From NCBI GenBank assembly GCA_965228735.1, contig OZ245838.1, positions 4,096,001 to 4,160,000 on the forward strand: DNA of 64,000 nt, read 5' to 3'. Position numbers and translations under genes: made by a program. This DNA comes from Planctomycetota bacterium. Lineage in GTDB: Bacteria > Planctomycetota > UBA1135 > UBA2386. This document shows positions 28,447 through 38,595 of the stretch, piece after piece. The notes beneath the pieces are model-generated. The model worked only from the letters and a program-made list of their open reading frames with translations. It did no database searches and was not told the origin of the DNA. The stretch's first letter is position 1. Each line of letters begins with the position of its first letter.

Positions 28447-29354
28447 CAGAAGTAGCCCTCCCGCTTCTTCTCTTCCATCGAGCCGGCTTCGTCGTAGTCG
28501 ATGACGCGCCCCTGGCGCTCGCTGTCCTTGCTGCGCAGCATCTCCTCGATGATCTTCGGCAGCGTGTCGGCGTCCGACTCGATCGCGCCCGTGAGCGGGT
28601 AGCAGCCGAGCGTGCGGAACCGGACCATCTTCATCTCCGGCTCCTCACCGTCCTCGAGCGGCAGGCGCTCGTCGTCGACCATGATCCACGTGCCGTTGCG
28701 CTGCACGACCGGCCGCTCCTTGGCGAAGTAGAGCGGCACCATCGGCAGGTTCTCCTGGTAGATGTAGAGCCAGACGTCGAGTTCGGTCCAGTTGCTGAGC
28801 GGGAAGACGCGGATCGACTCGCCCTTGTTCACGCGGCAGTTGAACACGTTCCAGAGCTCGGGGCGCTGGTTCTTCGGGTCCCACTGGTGGAACTTGTCGC
28901 GGAAGCTGAAGATCCGCTCCTTCGCGCGACTCTTCTCCTCGTCGCGCCTGGCACCGCCGAACGCCGCGTCGTACTCGCCGGCATTGAGCGCCTGCTTGAG
29001 CGCCTCGGTCTTCATCACGTGCGTGTGCCGCTGGGTGCCATGCGTGAACGGGCCGATGCCCTGCTCGACGCCTTCCTGATTGATCCACTCGACGAAGTCG
29101 AGATCGAGGTCCTGCACGAGCTTGTCGCGGAACTCGATCATCTCGCGGAACTTCCACGTCGTGTTGACGTGCAGCACCTTGAACGGGATGCGATCCGGCG
29201 CGAACGCCTTCTCGGCGAGGCGCAGCATCACGCCCGAGTCCTTCCCGATGGAGTAGAGCATCACCGGGTTGTCGAACTCGGCCGCGACCTCCCGCATGAT
29301 GTGGATGCTCTCCTGCTCCAGTTGGCGCAGGTGGCTGAGGGCATACTTCGTCAT
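28446..29354 (-). CDS. cysD: Sulfate adenylyltransferase small subunit CysD
   Basis: [50 protein letters not shown]; start ATG 29354. Confidence 0.96.
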   Translation of the reverse strand: MTKYALSHLRQLEQESIHIMREVAAEFDNPVMLYSIGKDSGVMLRLAEKAFAPDRIPFKVLHVNTTWKFREMIEFRDKLVQDLDLDFVEWINQEGVEQGIGPFTHGTQRHTHVMKTEALKQALNAGEYDAAFGGARRDEEKSRAKERIFSFRDKFHQWDPKNQRPELWNVFNCRVNKGESIRVFPLSNWTELDVWLYIYQENLPMVPLYFAKERPVVQRNGTWIMVDDERLPLEDGEEPEMKMVRFRTLGCYPLTGAIESDADTLPKIIEEMLRSKDSERQGRVIDYDEAGSMEEKKREGYF

Positions 29355-29367
29355 AGTTCGGTCGTCG

Positions 29368-29982
29368 TCACTCCGTTGGCGCCCGCAGCAACCCGCGCTG
29401 CTCGAGCAGTTGTTCGACTGCGCTCGCCGATTCCGCGAGCTCCTGCACACCCGTGTCGATGCGCAGCTCGGGGTTCTCCGGCGCTTCGTAGGGCGAGCTG
29501 ATGCCGGTGAATTCCGGGATCTCGCCGGCCCGCGCCTTCTGGTAGAGCCCCTTGGGGTCGCGCGATTCGCAGACCGCGAGGTCGGCGTCGACGTGCACCT
29601 CGACGAAGTCGTCGCCGACGAGCTCGCGCACCTGCGCCCGGTCGCTGCGGAACGGCGAGATGAACGCGGTCAGCACGATCGCGCCGGCATCGGCGAACAG
29701 CGCCGCGACATGGCCGATGCGCCGGATGTTCTCGACCCGCCCGGCATCGGAGAAGTCGAGGTCGGCGCAGAGGCCGTGCCGGATGTTGTCACCGTCGAGC
29801 ACGTAGACGAGCCGGCCCGCTGCATGGAGCCGTTCTTCGAGCGCCCGCGCGACCGTCGACTTGCCCGAGCCGGACAGGCCCGTGAACCACACCACCGCGC
29901 CGCGCTGCCCGAGCAGTCGCTCCCGATCGGCGCGGGACACGACGCCATCGTGGCGTTTGATATGGCGAGGAGGAGTCGGCAT
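29368..29982 (-). CDS. cysC: Adenylyl-sulfate kinase CysC
   Basis: [43 protein letters not shown]. Confidence 0.95.
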   Translation of the reverse strand: MPTPPRHIKRHDGVVSRADRERLLGQRGAVVWFTGLSGSGKSTVARALEERLHAAGRLVYVLDGDNIRHGLCADLDFSDAGRVENIRRIGHVAALFADAGAIVLTAFISPFRSDRAQVRELVGDDFVEVHVDADLAVCESRDPKGLYQKARAGEIPEFTGISSPYEAPENPELRIDTGVQELAESASAVEQLLEQRGLLRAPTE

Positions 29983-30014
29983 CGGCGGTCTGGCCCCGAG
30001 TTTCGGGGCGAAGC

Positions 30015-30043
30015 AGGGTCCGCAGTGCCCGCGGACTTGTCAA
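30015..30043 (-). promoter_or_regulatory. Putative sigma70 promoter of cysC with an overlapping inverted repeat
   Basis: Perfect TTGACA on the minus strand (30038-30043), 17-nt spacer, weak -10 (GACCCT); palindrome GTCCGC-N7-GCGGAC at 30018-30036. Confidence 0.4.
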
Positions 30044-30239
30044 TCCTCTTTACCATCGGCGCGGGCCCGGTGGACCTCGCGCCCGGTAGTACCGCGCTCA
30101 TGGCATGGGCGGATCGCCGTCACGCCGCCGCGCCGCGCGACATCTTCATGCCGCCTTCGCACGAACCGGGCCGGCGGCACCGGATCGCACTCCCCTTACG
30201 ATCGGAAAGCCGAGCCGCCGCCGACTCGATCCGTGCGCA

Positions 30240-32285
30240 TCAGTCGACCCGAATCGGCGTGAACAGCGTCTCCGCGTTGCCCGCGCCGTAGCCCCAGGCC
30301 GTGACCGCCGTCCAGTCCGCGGGCAGCGGCACGGTGAGCGTCTTGCCCGCAGCCGTCGCGCGCGCCTCGTGCTTCTCGAAGTCGACCTCGAACACGACCT
30401 CGATCGGGGACCGACCGTCCCATTCGATCGGCAGGGTCTTCTTCTGCCGGAAGTTCTTCGGCCCGATGATGGTCAGCTCCCGGGAGCCGAACTGGATGCC
30501 GCCGCGCACGAGGTCGCGGCGCGGGTGGCCGCCGCTCAGCACGATGTAGCCGTTCTGCCGCAGGCGTCCGGGCAGCGGCGTCATCGTCGACCGGAAGCGC
30601 GTGCCCTTGGGGTCGTCCGTGCGGAGCAGGTAGCCGCCCGCGGTGTTGGCCCACAGCCCGATGCCCGCCTCACCGGCCATCGAACGCGCGACGCCCGCGG
30701 TGACATCGAAGCCCGGCAACAGCGAACCGGTGTCGTCGCCGTACTGCTCGCGCAGCTCCTGCAGCCGCCGCTTCAGCGCCTCGAACACCGCGGCGTAGGC
30801 CGGATCCTCGTGCACGCTGCGCAGCTCGTCCGGGTCCTTCTCGAGGTCGAACAGCTCCCAGTCGTTCCACTGCGGTTCGTAGTAGCGCACGAGCTTGTAG
30901 CGATCGGTGCGCACCCCGTAGTGCGCCGGGACCATGTGGACCGCGTGCGACTCGTAGTAGTGGTAGTAGAGCGCGTCGCGCCAGTCGTCGGGCTCCTCGC
31001 CGTCGAGCAGCGGCACGAGCGAGGTGCCGTGCATGTCATCGGGCGTCGCGATGCCGGCGAGATCGAGGAACGTCGGCGCGTAGTCGATGTTCTGCGTCAG
31101 CGACTCGACCTCGACACCTTCGGGCAGCTTGCCTGGCCACGACATCACGAGCGGCATGCGGAAGCTCTCCTCGTACATCCAGCGCTTGTCGTACCAGCCG
31201 TGGTCGCCGAGGTAGAAGCCCTGGTCCGAGCTGTAGACGACGATCGTGTTGGCCTTCACCTTCGGATGCGCATCGAGCCACGCGAGCAGCCGCCCGACGC
31301 TGCGGTCGACGCCGTTGACGCACCGCAGGTAGTTCTTGATGTAGCGCTGGTAGTACCACCGCAGCCGCTCCTTGCCCGTCGGCGGATCGGCCTGGAACGC
31401 GTCGTTCTCGGCCATGAACGCCGCGTCCCACGTCTTCTTCTGCGCGGGCGTGAGGCGCTTCATCATGTTGTCGAAGGCCCGATCAGGCCCCTGCAGACCG
31501 GCCGCACGCTGCGCGTCGGTCGGCGGCACCATGAGGTCGTAGTGCAGGTACATGTGCTCGACGAGCGTCATCTCCTGGTGCTTCGCGCCCTCGGTGCGAC
31601 CCGCGTAGTCGTCGAACAGCGTCGCCGGCTCCGGCAGCGTCTCGCCCTGATAGAGCGGCAGGTCCTCAGGTGCAGGCATCCAACTGCGATGCGGCGCCTT
31701 GTGCTGGCACATCAACAGGAACGGCTTGTCCGGGTCGCGCCCGTCGAGCCACTCGATCGCGAGATCGGTCGTGATGTTGGTCGCGTGACCTTCGATGCGA
31801 ACGCGGCCTTCGGGCGTCTTGAAGTCCGGGTTGTAGTACTGCCCCTGCCCCGGCAGCACGATCCAGTGATCGAACCCCTGCGGGTCCGACGTCAGGTGCC
31901 ACTTGCCGATCATCGCCGTCTGGTAGCCCGCCCTCTGCAGCATCTTCGGCATCGTCGGCTGGTTGCCGTCGAACGTGTTGCCGTTGCGCATGAAGCCATT
32001 CTCGTGGCAGTGCTTGCCCGTGAGGATCGTCGCGCGCGACGGACCGCAGATGGAGTTGCCGCAGAAGTTGTTGCGGAACAGGAGGCCCGCGTTCGCGATG
32101 CGGTCGATGTTCGGCGTCTCGTTGATCCCCGAGCCGTAGGCGCTGATCGCGTGCGCGGCGTGGTCATCGCTGAAGATGAACACGATGTTGGGGCGGGTGC
32201 CGGAGAGCGGCCGCTGTGCGATCGCACAACCGGCCGTGACCGGAACGGCGATCGCCGCGGCGAGGACGAGCTGGAGGCGGGTCAT
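30240..32285 (-). CDS. Secreted Cys-type formylglycine-dependent sulfatase with an extra C-terminal domain
   Basis: PNIVFIFSDDH, CGPSRATILTG (CxPxR), GKWHL, SSDQG, DKRWMYEES; start ATG 32285 with signal peptide. Confidence 0.92.
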   Translation of the reverse strand: MTRLQLVLAAAIAVPVTAGCAIAQRPLSGTRPNIVFIFSDDHAAHAISAYGSGINETPNIDRIANAGLLFRNNFCGNSICGPSRATILTGKHCHENGFMRNGNTFDGNQPTMPKMLQRAGYQTAMIGKWHLTSDPQGFDHWIVLPGQGQYYNPDFKTPEGRVRIEGHATNITTDLAIEWLDGRDPDKPFLLMCQHKAPHRSWMPAPEDLPLYQGETLPEPATLFDDYAGRTEGAKHQEMTLVEHMYLHYDLMVPPTDAQRAAGLQGPDRAFDNMMKRLTPAQKKTWDAAFMAENDAFQADPPTGKERLRWYYQRYIKNYLRCVNGVDRSVGRLLAWLDAHPKVKANTIVVYSSDQGFYLGDHGWYDKRWMYEESFRMPLVMSWPGKLPEGVEVESLTQNIDYAPTFLDLAGIATPDDMHGTSLVPLLDGEEPDDWRDALYYHYYESHAVHMVPAHYGVRTDRYKLVRYYEPQWNDWELFDLEKDPDELRSVHEDPAYAAVFEALKRRLQELREQYGDDTGSLLPGFDVTAGVARSMAGEAGIGLWANTAGGYLLRTDDPKGTRFRSTMTPLPGRLRQNGYIVLSGGHPRRDLVRGGIQFGSRELTIIGPKNFRQKKTLPIEWDGRSPIEVVFEVDFEKHEARATAAGKTLTVPLPADWTAVTAWGYGAGNAETLFTPIRVD

Positions 32286-32383
32286 GGGCGCGCGACTGTA
32301 AGGGCTGGCGGCCGGATTTCCGGCTCTGGGTGTGTCCGGTCCGGAACGGCCCTGTCGATCCACCAGGAACCGCAATCCGTCTT

Positions 32384-32414
32384 CAGAGCCCGAACGCCCC
32401 AGAGCCCGAACGCC
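32384..32414 (+). repeat. 15-bp direct repeat (CAGAGCCCGAACGCC x2) just before the ATG at 32416
   Basis: Copies at 32384-32398 and 32400-32414. Confidence 0.85.
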
Positions 32415-32415
32415 A

Positions 32416-34680
32416 ATGTCTCGCTCAACCCGACTGTTCTCCCTGGCGCTGCTCGGCGCCTTCGCGATCGACCTGCTGCCGGCCCAGGTGCCGGTCCACA
32501 CCGCCGCCGACGACGACGGCAGGGCGTACGGCACGTGGGCCGCGGGCGACGACTACAAGGTCGCGTTCGACGGCGGCATGACGTTCGTCCCGTATCTCGG
32601 CAAGGACTACCCGGAGAACCGCCCGTTCTCCTGGCGCACCGCATCGTTCCGAATCGGCGAGACCGAGCTGCTCGGTGAGGGTGAACAGCCCGAGTCCGCG
32701 GCGGCGGCGAATGGCTGGCGCTACGAGTACCGCTTCGCGGCGTTCACCGAGGCCTACGACGTGCGTCCGGACGGCGTCGAACAGACCTTCGTGATCCCAC
32801 AGCGCCTCGCGACGGGCTCCCTCGGCACGCTGGAGATCCGCGGCGCGATCGCCACCGATCTCACTGCCGCACCGCGCGGCCACGAGCACGCACCGCTCGT
32901 GTTCGGCGACGCGCAGGGCAACACGGTGTTGCGCTACGGCGCCGCAGTCGCGATCGATGCTGCCGGCGAGCAGTGCGCGATGACGACCGCGTTCGATGAC
33001 GGCGCGGTCACGTTGCGACTCGACGGTGAGTGGCTGGCGAGCGCGACGTTCCCGGTCGTCGTCGACCCGCTGCTCGGCGTGTTCTTCGCGAGCGGGGGCA
33101 ATCTCACGACCGAGGTCGACGTGCTCCACGACCCGCTCGGCAGCGGTGGCCACATCTGGCAGACGACAACGCGCTGGGCCAGCGCCAACGACTCCGACGT
33201 GTTCCTCCGTCGCATCGAGAGCAACGGCTCGTCGACGCCGGTCTACGCGGACACGAGTTCACTGTGGTCGTCGATGCACCCGAGCCTCGGGCGCCATCGC
33301 TACGGCGCCTGCACGCTGCTCGCGTTCGTGCGGCACTTCCACAACTCGGACACCCGCAAGCTGCGGTGGCACAAGCACGGCCGCGCCGACTTCACGCTGT
33401 CGACGAGCTTCGGCTCGGTCGACACCGGGCTCTTCCAGGCGCAGCGCCCGCGCGTGGCGTCCGACCTGAGCGTGATCACGGGCCAGTATCTGCTCGTCGT
33501 CTACCAACAGGAGAACGGCCACACGTTCTACGAGAACAACGGCAGCGAGATCTGGGGTGCGGTGATCAGTCTCTACGGCGCCGGTTCGGCCGCCCTGCCG
33601 TTCGCCATTCACGACCAGACGTTCGAGGACGCCGAACGCCCGGACGTGTCGACGATCGAACTCGGCGGCAATCACACGTGGACGGTCGCCTACCAGGTGA
33701 TCGGCAACAGCCCGATGTGGAGTCCGCATACGAGTTGGGACATCGAGATGCGCCGCGTCGATCGCCACGGCAACGTCTCGGCGGAGACCGTGATCGCCTC
33801 CAGCTCTGACCGCCACGACATGGGACCGAAGCTGGCCGGGCTGAACGACACGTTGTTCCTCGGCTACACCAACGGCTACTCGTCCGAGCTCGGCAGCCGG
33901 CCGACGGAAGCACGCGGCACGGCGATCGTGACCGAGCGGCGCGAGTGGAACGGCGCGAGCTTCGACCTGCCCTACTCGAGCTACTACACGGCCTCGACCA
34001 ACAATCTCGGCGAGTGGCGCGAGCTCTGTGACATGGAGCTGGATCTCACCACCCGCAGTCACTGCGCCAGACTCATTCGCTACGACAACGCCAGCGTCCT
34101 CTTCACGGTCACCGGCTACCAGGGGCGCCGCGTGCACGGCGAGCTCGCCTACGCCGGCGGCTGGGCCAGCGACGCGCTCGACGCCGCTGCGGCGTTCGAC
34201 GAGAACGACGGCACGTTCGTGCTCGGCACCGCCTACGACTCCGCGCAGAACGCGACGAGCGGCGTCGTCCTCGACCGCTACGCCCACCCGACGGCCGCGC
34301 CGATCCAGTCGACCGGCCTCGGCTGCGGCAGCGGCACGCTGTCGTGGGTCGGCAGCCAGCTCATCGGCGACGAGGACTGCGAGGTGCGCATCGACAACAT
34401 CGCGCCGACCGCGCTCGCGGCGATCGTCGTCGGGCTGCAGCCGTACTCGCAGTTGCTGCCGCCGATGCCGCCCGTCGTGCCGGGCTGCTGGCAGCTCGTG
34501 CCGACCGCCGGTCCCGGCAGCCTCGCGACGCTGCCGATCGTCATCGGGTCGAACGGCTACGACATCGACCTGCCCGAAGCGTTGATTCCGTTCACGCTCT
34601 ACTTCCAGGGCGTGCACTTCGACGCGAGCAACGCCTCGGTCTACACGACCGAGCGCCTCGAAGTGCCGCTCGTCAAGTAG
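32416..34680 (+). CDS. Secreted protein; paralog of 34713..37007
   Basis: Signal peptide ending LPA-Q; shares YK..F..GMTFVP, AFTEAYDV, ATxPVVVDP and C-terminal TLYFQ...RLEVP with its neighbour. Confidence 0.75.
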   Translation: MSRSTRLFSLALLGAFAIDLLPAQVPVHTAADDDGRAYGTWAAGDDYKVAFDGGMTFVPYLGKDYPENRPFSWRTASFRIGETELLGEGEQPESAAAANGWRYEYRFAAFTEAYDVRPDGVEQTFVIPQRLATGSLGTLEIRGAIATDLTAAPRGHEHAPLVFGDAQGNTVLRYGAAVAIDAAGEQCAMTTAFDDGAVTLRLDGEWLASATFPVVVDPLLGVFFASGGNLTTEVDVLHDPLGSGGHIWQTTTRWASANDSDVFLRRIESNGSSTPVYADTSSLWSSMHPSLGRHRYGACTLLAFVRHFHNSDTRKLRWHKHGRADFTLSTSFGSVDTGLFQAQRPRVASDLSVITGQYLLVVYQQENGHTFYENNGSEIWGAVISLYGAGSAALPFAIHDQTFEDAERPDVSTIELGGNHTWTVAYQVIGNSPMWSPHTSWDIEMRRVDRHGNVSAETVIASSSDRHDMGPKLAGLNDTLFLGYTNGYSSELGSRPTEARGTAIVTERREWNGASFDLPYSSYYTASTNNLGEWRELCDMELDLTTRSHCARLIRYDNASVLFTVTGYQGRRVHGELAYAGGWASDALDAAAAFDENDGTFVLGTAYDSAQNATSGVVLDRYAHPTAAPIQSTGLGCGSGTLSWVGSQLIGDEDCEVRIDNIAPTALAAIVVGLQPYSQLLPPMPPVVPGCWQLVPTAGPGSLATLPIVIGSNGYDIDLPEALIPFTLYFQGVHFDASNASVYTTERLEVPLVK

Positions 34681-34712
34681 GCGGCGCGAGGTGCCGCCCG
34701 CCGAACGAACGG

Positions 34713-37007
34713 CTACTTGATCACCGGCACCTCGAGACGCCGCGTCGACTCGAAGCGCGTGCCGTCGAAGACCCAATCCTGGAAGTAGAGGGTCAGCGGC
34801 GGCAACCACTCGGGCAGCGGGAAGGTCCAGCGCGGGAAACCCTGGCTCGGCGCCAGCTGGAAGTTCATCGTGCCGAGGTAGGCCGGTCCGTTGTCCACGA
34901 GGAGGAAGCAGCCGGACCCGACCGCGGGGTCGATGATCTGCAGGTTCTCCGGCGCGAGCGACACGAGCATGAAATGACCGCTGCCCGCCGGCGCGCTCAG
35001 CACGTAGATGAAGTCGGTCTCCGAACCGATCTGGCGACCGCCGTTCCAGCGCGGAGACACCGAACTGCAGCCCGGGCCAACGAGCGCCGTCGGGCCGGGC
35101 GGGTTGTACTCGAGCGGCCGACCCTGAAGGACCGCGCTCGAGCCCGTGGAACTGCCGGTCACCACGGAATACTGGTCGGGCCCGAGGGCAAACGTCACGG
35201 CTCCGGACTGCGCGAGCCCAGCGAGCGCGTCAGCCGGGCCTTCGGTCGGCTGGCCGGTGTAGCCGACGATCGCGTAGCGCGGCGTGTAGGCGCCGTTCCC
35301 CATCGATTCACGCCACAGCGGCGCAAAGTGCGAACGGTCGCGGCGATCGAACGCGAGGTCGAGCGTCTGCAGCACGCGTGTCGCCGATGCCTCCAACACG
35401 ATGGGTGCCTGATCACCCGCCGGGTCGGGCGTGGCGCTGCCCTCGAACCAGTCGAAGCGTTCGAGCTGCATCCGCGTGCCGGCCATGCTCGTCGTCTTGC
35501 TGAGGAAGAACGTCGGATACGACGCGAACAACACCGCCCAGCGGCCGTTGCCGCCTTCGACGACGGGGCGCAGCTGGTGCTCGTTGGACGCCGCCGCGAC
35601 GTCGCTCGTCCAGGTCCCCGACGCCACGGTGCCGGTCTGCGAGATGCGCTTGCCCGCGAGGTCCCAGTCGTCCGACGACAGCAGGTTGTTGTAGGTCTGG
35701 TAGACGCACATCCACGAGTACGGTGAGCCGTCCGCGACCTGGTTGACGCTCGGGCGCTCGTCGTCGGTCACGAGCGACGCACCGATCGGGAACTCCGTGC
35801 CGAACGTCCCGTTCGTGGTCGTGACGTCGAGGCGCACGCCGTAGACCGCGCTGCCGGCGACGTTGGAGAAGCCGCCCACGTTGTTCTCGCGCTGGAACAC
35901 GACGAGCGCATGCGAGCCGGTCGAGAATTGGCCGACGCCGCCGACGTCCGGGCGCCAATCGTTGCCACTCGAGGGCACGAACGACGTGTAGGTCGAGCTC
36001 TGCGTCAGATCTCCCAGATCGCGCACGTGCGCTCGCAGCTGACTGACGGTCGTCGGATTGTTCACGAAGTGACGGCGGAACACGATGGCCCAGCGGTCGG
36101 GGCCCGCCACGAAGGCCACGGCCGGGTGGTCGGTCACCCACGATGTGGTCATGTCGGTGAAGACCGTCACTGCACCAGCGAAGTCCTCGTCCGTGAGCCG
36201 CCCGAAGACGTCGACGTCGGTCGCCGAGAACGCCGCCGACCAGACCGTCAGGACGTCGTCACCGTGGACCCCATCGATGTGCGCGACGTCGACGTCCTCG
36301 AGCGGCACATCGCCCAGGTATCCGGCCACGGAAACCGGCGAGGTGAAGAACGGGTCGACGACGACCGGCAGCGTCGCTTTCGCGAGCCAGGTCCCGGGCA
36401 CGCTCAGCGTGATCTCGCCGTTCTCGTATCCAGTCAGCAGTTCGATCCTGTCACCGGTCGCGTCAAAGGCGAACGCCTTGCCGTAGCGCACGACCTCGTT
36501 GCCCTGCGCGTCGCGGAACGCCAGCGCGCCGTGCGCCGGCGCCATGCCGTCCGCATGCAGCTCGGTGGCCACCTTGCCGGTGATCACGAGGTCGCCGTTC
36601 CCCGGCAGTGTCTCGAACACGAACGTCTGCTCGAGCCCTGCGTGCAGCACGTCGTAGGCTTCGGTGAACGCCGCGAAGCGGTATTCGAATCGGTAACCGT
36701 CACCGTGCGGCACCGGGTGTTCGCCACGTTCGAGCAGATCGCGTTCACCGCGGCGCACCGACGCGGTCCGCCAACTCACCGGCAGATTGCGCGGATAGCC
36801 GCGCCCGAGCATCGGCACGAACGTCATGCCGTCGTGGAACGACGCCTTGTAGTGACCGCCGCCGGCCCAGATGCCGTACTCGGCACCGAGGTCGGGCGCT
36901 GCCGTGTGCACGGCGACGCGGAAGTCGTCGAACGGCACGCCTTCGGCCTGGGCGGCGAGCGGCGATGCGATCGACGCCACCAGCAACGCGATCACGGTGG
37001 TCTTCAG
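34713..37007 (-). CDS. Secreted protein; paralog of 32416..34680 (start uncertain: CTG 37007 or GTG 36995)
   Basis: (M)KTTVIALLVASIASPLAA-Q signal peptide and the same conserved blocks as the paralog. The listed 1043-aa ORF extension overlaps the next gene. Confidence 0.72.
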   Translation of the reverse strand: MKTTVIALLVASIASPLAAQAEGVPFDDFRVAVHTAAPDLGAEYGIWAGGGHYKASFHDGMTFVPMLGRGYPRNLPVSWRTASVRRGERDLLERGEHPVPHGDGYRFEYRFAAFTEAYDVLHAGLEQTFVFETLPGNGDLVITGKVATELHADGMAPAHGALAFRDAQGNEVVRYGKAFAFDATGDRIELLTGYENGEITLSVPGTWLAKATLPVVVDPFFTSPVSVAGYLGDVPLEDVDVAHIDGVHGDDVLTVWSAAFSATDVDVFGRLTDEDFAGAVTVFTDMTTSWVTDHPAVAFVAGPDRWAIVFRRHFVNNPTTVSQLRAHVRDLGDLTQSSTYTSFVPSSGNDWRPDVGGVGQFSTGSHALVVFQRENNVGGFSNVAGSAVYGVRLDVTTTNGTFGTEFPIGASLVTDDERPSVNQVADGSPYSWMCVYQTYNNLLSSDDWDLAGKRISQTGTVASGTWTSDVAAASNEHQLRPVVEGGNGRWAVLFASYPTFFLSKTTSMAGTRMQLERFDWFEGSATPDPAGDQAPIVLEASATRVLQTLDLAFDRRDRSHFAPLWRESMGNGAYTPRYAIVGYTGQPTEGPADALAGLAQSGAVTFALGPDQYSVVTGSSTGSSAVLQGRPLEYNPPGPTALVGPGCSSVSPRWNGGRQIGSETDFIYVLSAPAGSGHFMLVSLAPENLQIIDPAVGSGCFLLVDNGPAYLGTMNFQLAPSQGFPRWTFPLPEWLPPLTLYFQDWVFDGTRFESTRRLEVPVIK

Positions 37008-37174
37008 GGCAGGAGAAGGCGTCCCAGGGACGACACGAGGGCGAACGACACACATCGTGCAGGGGGTAGCGAGAGCGCTGCGCTGCCCGACTGCGATTTC
37101 CCCGAGAAACGCTCGCCCCGCAACACCCGAGTCATAAGCCCCAGCGAACCATGGGGCTGCGCGTTCACCAGGCG

Positions 37175-38515
37175 TCACCGCCGGCGCCAGAGCAGCCAGC
37201 CGGTCTGCAACAGCCCGGCGACCGTGAACGCCGCGAGCGCCACGTAGATCCCGCGCACGCCGGGCAGCAGCTCGACGCCCGCCACGAGCCCGGCCGTGCA
37301 CGCGACGAGGTAGACGACGACGGCCTCCGTGATCGGTCGCGTGCGGCCCTCGCTCACGAGCACACCCTGGTGGTAGTTCTGGGCAACCGCGTAGCCCGGC
37401 ATCAGCAGCGCGAAGAGCAGCGCCGAACCCGCGAGCGTCGTGAGTTCGTCGGACAGCCCGCTGACCGTGCCGAACCAGAACGCGCCGAGCGGCGTCAGGG
37501 CCAGGACGGCGAGCACGGTCATCGCGATCAGGCCGATCTGCGTGCCGAAGCGGCGCAGCGCCGGCTTGCCGCCGGGCTGCCCCGCGAGCGTGACGACCAC
37601 TTCGTTGAACGCGAACCCCGCGCTGCGGGTGAGGAACACGATGCCGTAGACCGCCGGCCACGCCGCGAGCGACGCGAGCGGGTCGGCCATCTGACTCATC
37701 GCCCACGAACCGATCGGCTGGATGACGATCGTGATCAGAGGGGTGAACGCGAGCGGCAGATAGAACCGCGAGAACGCGCGCCACGTGAGTTCGGAGTCGT
37801 CGGTCGCGGCAGCCAATCGTGGTCGCCCGACGTTGCGGTAGCACCAGCCCGCGAACAGCGCCTCGAGAACGACGCCGAGCGCGACCCCGATCGTCCCGAC
37901 GACGATGCCGGGCAGGCCGCCGACCAGGAGCCCGATCGCGAGCACGACCACGTTCGTGAGCAGCCGGATGATCGTGCCGTAGACGACGACGTCCGACCGT
38001 TCACAGCGGATCAGCACCCCCTGCTGGAAGCGCCGGTACGCGATGGCCCAGGTCCACGGCAGCATGATCTGCATGCCGATTCGGCCGGGCTCCACCGTCT
38101 CGGGCGGGACCTGGATCAGATCGAGCGCGATCCAATCGAACAGCGGCGTGAACGCGACGAGCGCGTGCACCACGGTCAGCACGAGCCCGGAAACGTGCGT
38201 GAAGCGCAGCAGGCGCGCGTGCGCCGCGAGGTTCTTCGCGAGCGCCGTCGACGCCGCGAGCAACATGATGATCGGCGCCTCGATGAGGATCGACAGCGGG
38301 TAGACGAGCGCTCCCATCGCCGCGAGGTGCACCTCGCCGCCCGGCATGCGCGTCATCGCGACCGCGAGCATCGGCATCTCGACGCCCATGAGCAGCCAGC
38401 TGCCGGCCAACGGCCACCACAGCGACAACACCCGGCGCGCGTCGACGATCGCACCGTCCGTGGGCTGCGGCTCGCCGGCCGGCGGCGCTGCGGGGGGTGA
38501 ATCGAGGGCGGACAA
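37175..38515 (-). CDS. MATE/MOP-superfamily multi-pass membrane protein
   Basis: About 12 hydrophobic segments in two related halves (WWPLA.../FYLPLA...), FQQGVLI and YHQGVLV; start uncertain (TTG 38515). Confidence 0.65.
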   Translation of the reverse strand: MSALDSPPAAPPAGEPQPTDGAIVDARRVLSLWWPLAGSWLLMGVEMPMLAVAMTRMPGGEVHLAAMGALVYPLSILIEAPIIMLLAASTALAKNLAAHARLLRFTHVSGLVLTVVHALVAFTPLFDWIALDLIQVPPETVEPGRIGMQIMLPWTWAIAYRRFQQGVLIRCERSDVVVYGTIIRLLTNVVVLAIGLLVGGLPGIVVGTIGVALGVVLEALFAGWCYRNVGRPRLAAATDDSELTWRAFSRFYLPLAFTPLITIVIQPIGSWAMSQMADPLASLAAWPAVYGIVFLTRSAGFAFNEVVVTLAGQPGGKPALRRFGTQIGLIAMTVLAVLALTPLGAFWFGTVSGLSDELTTLAGSALLFALLMPGYAVAQNYHQGVLVSEGRTRPITEAVVVYLVACTAGLVAGVELLPGVRGIYVALAAFTVAGLLQTGWLLWRRR

Positions 38516-38595
38516 GGCGTCGCTTTCTCGGCTCCGCCGTCGCCGAACGCAAGCGCCCGTTTCGGCGGCCGCCGCGACTGGCCAAACGGACCCGG

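Noticed and set aside
37008..37844. N-terminal extension of the 1043-aa ORF, and similar extensions of ORFs 8805-10754, 39997-41826, 49760-51487 and 54230-56278
   Set aside because: The extensions overlap other supported genes; signal peptides, homology blocks or stop/start overlaps indicate later starts.
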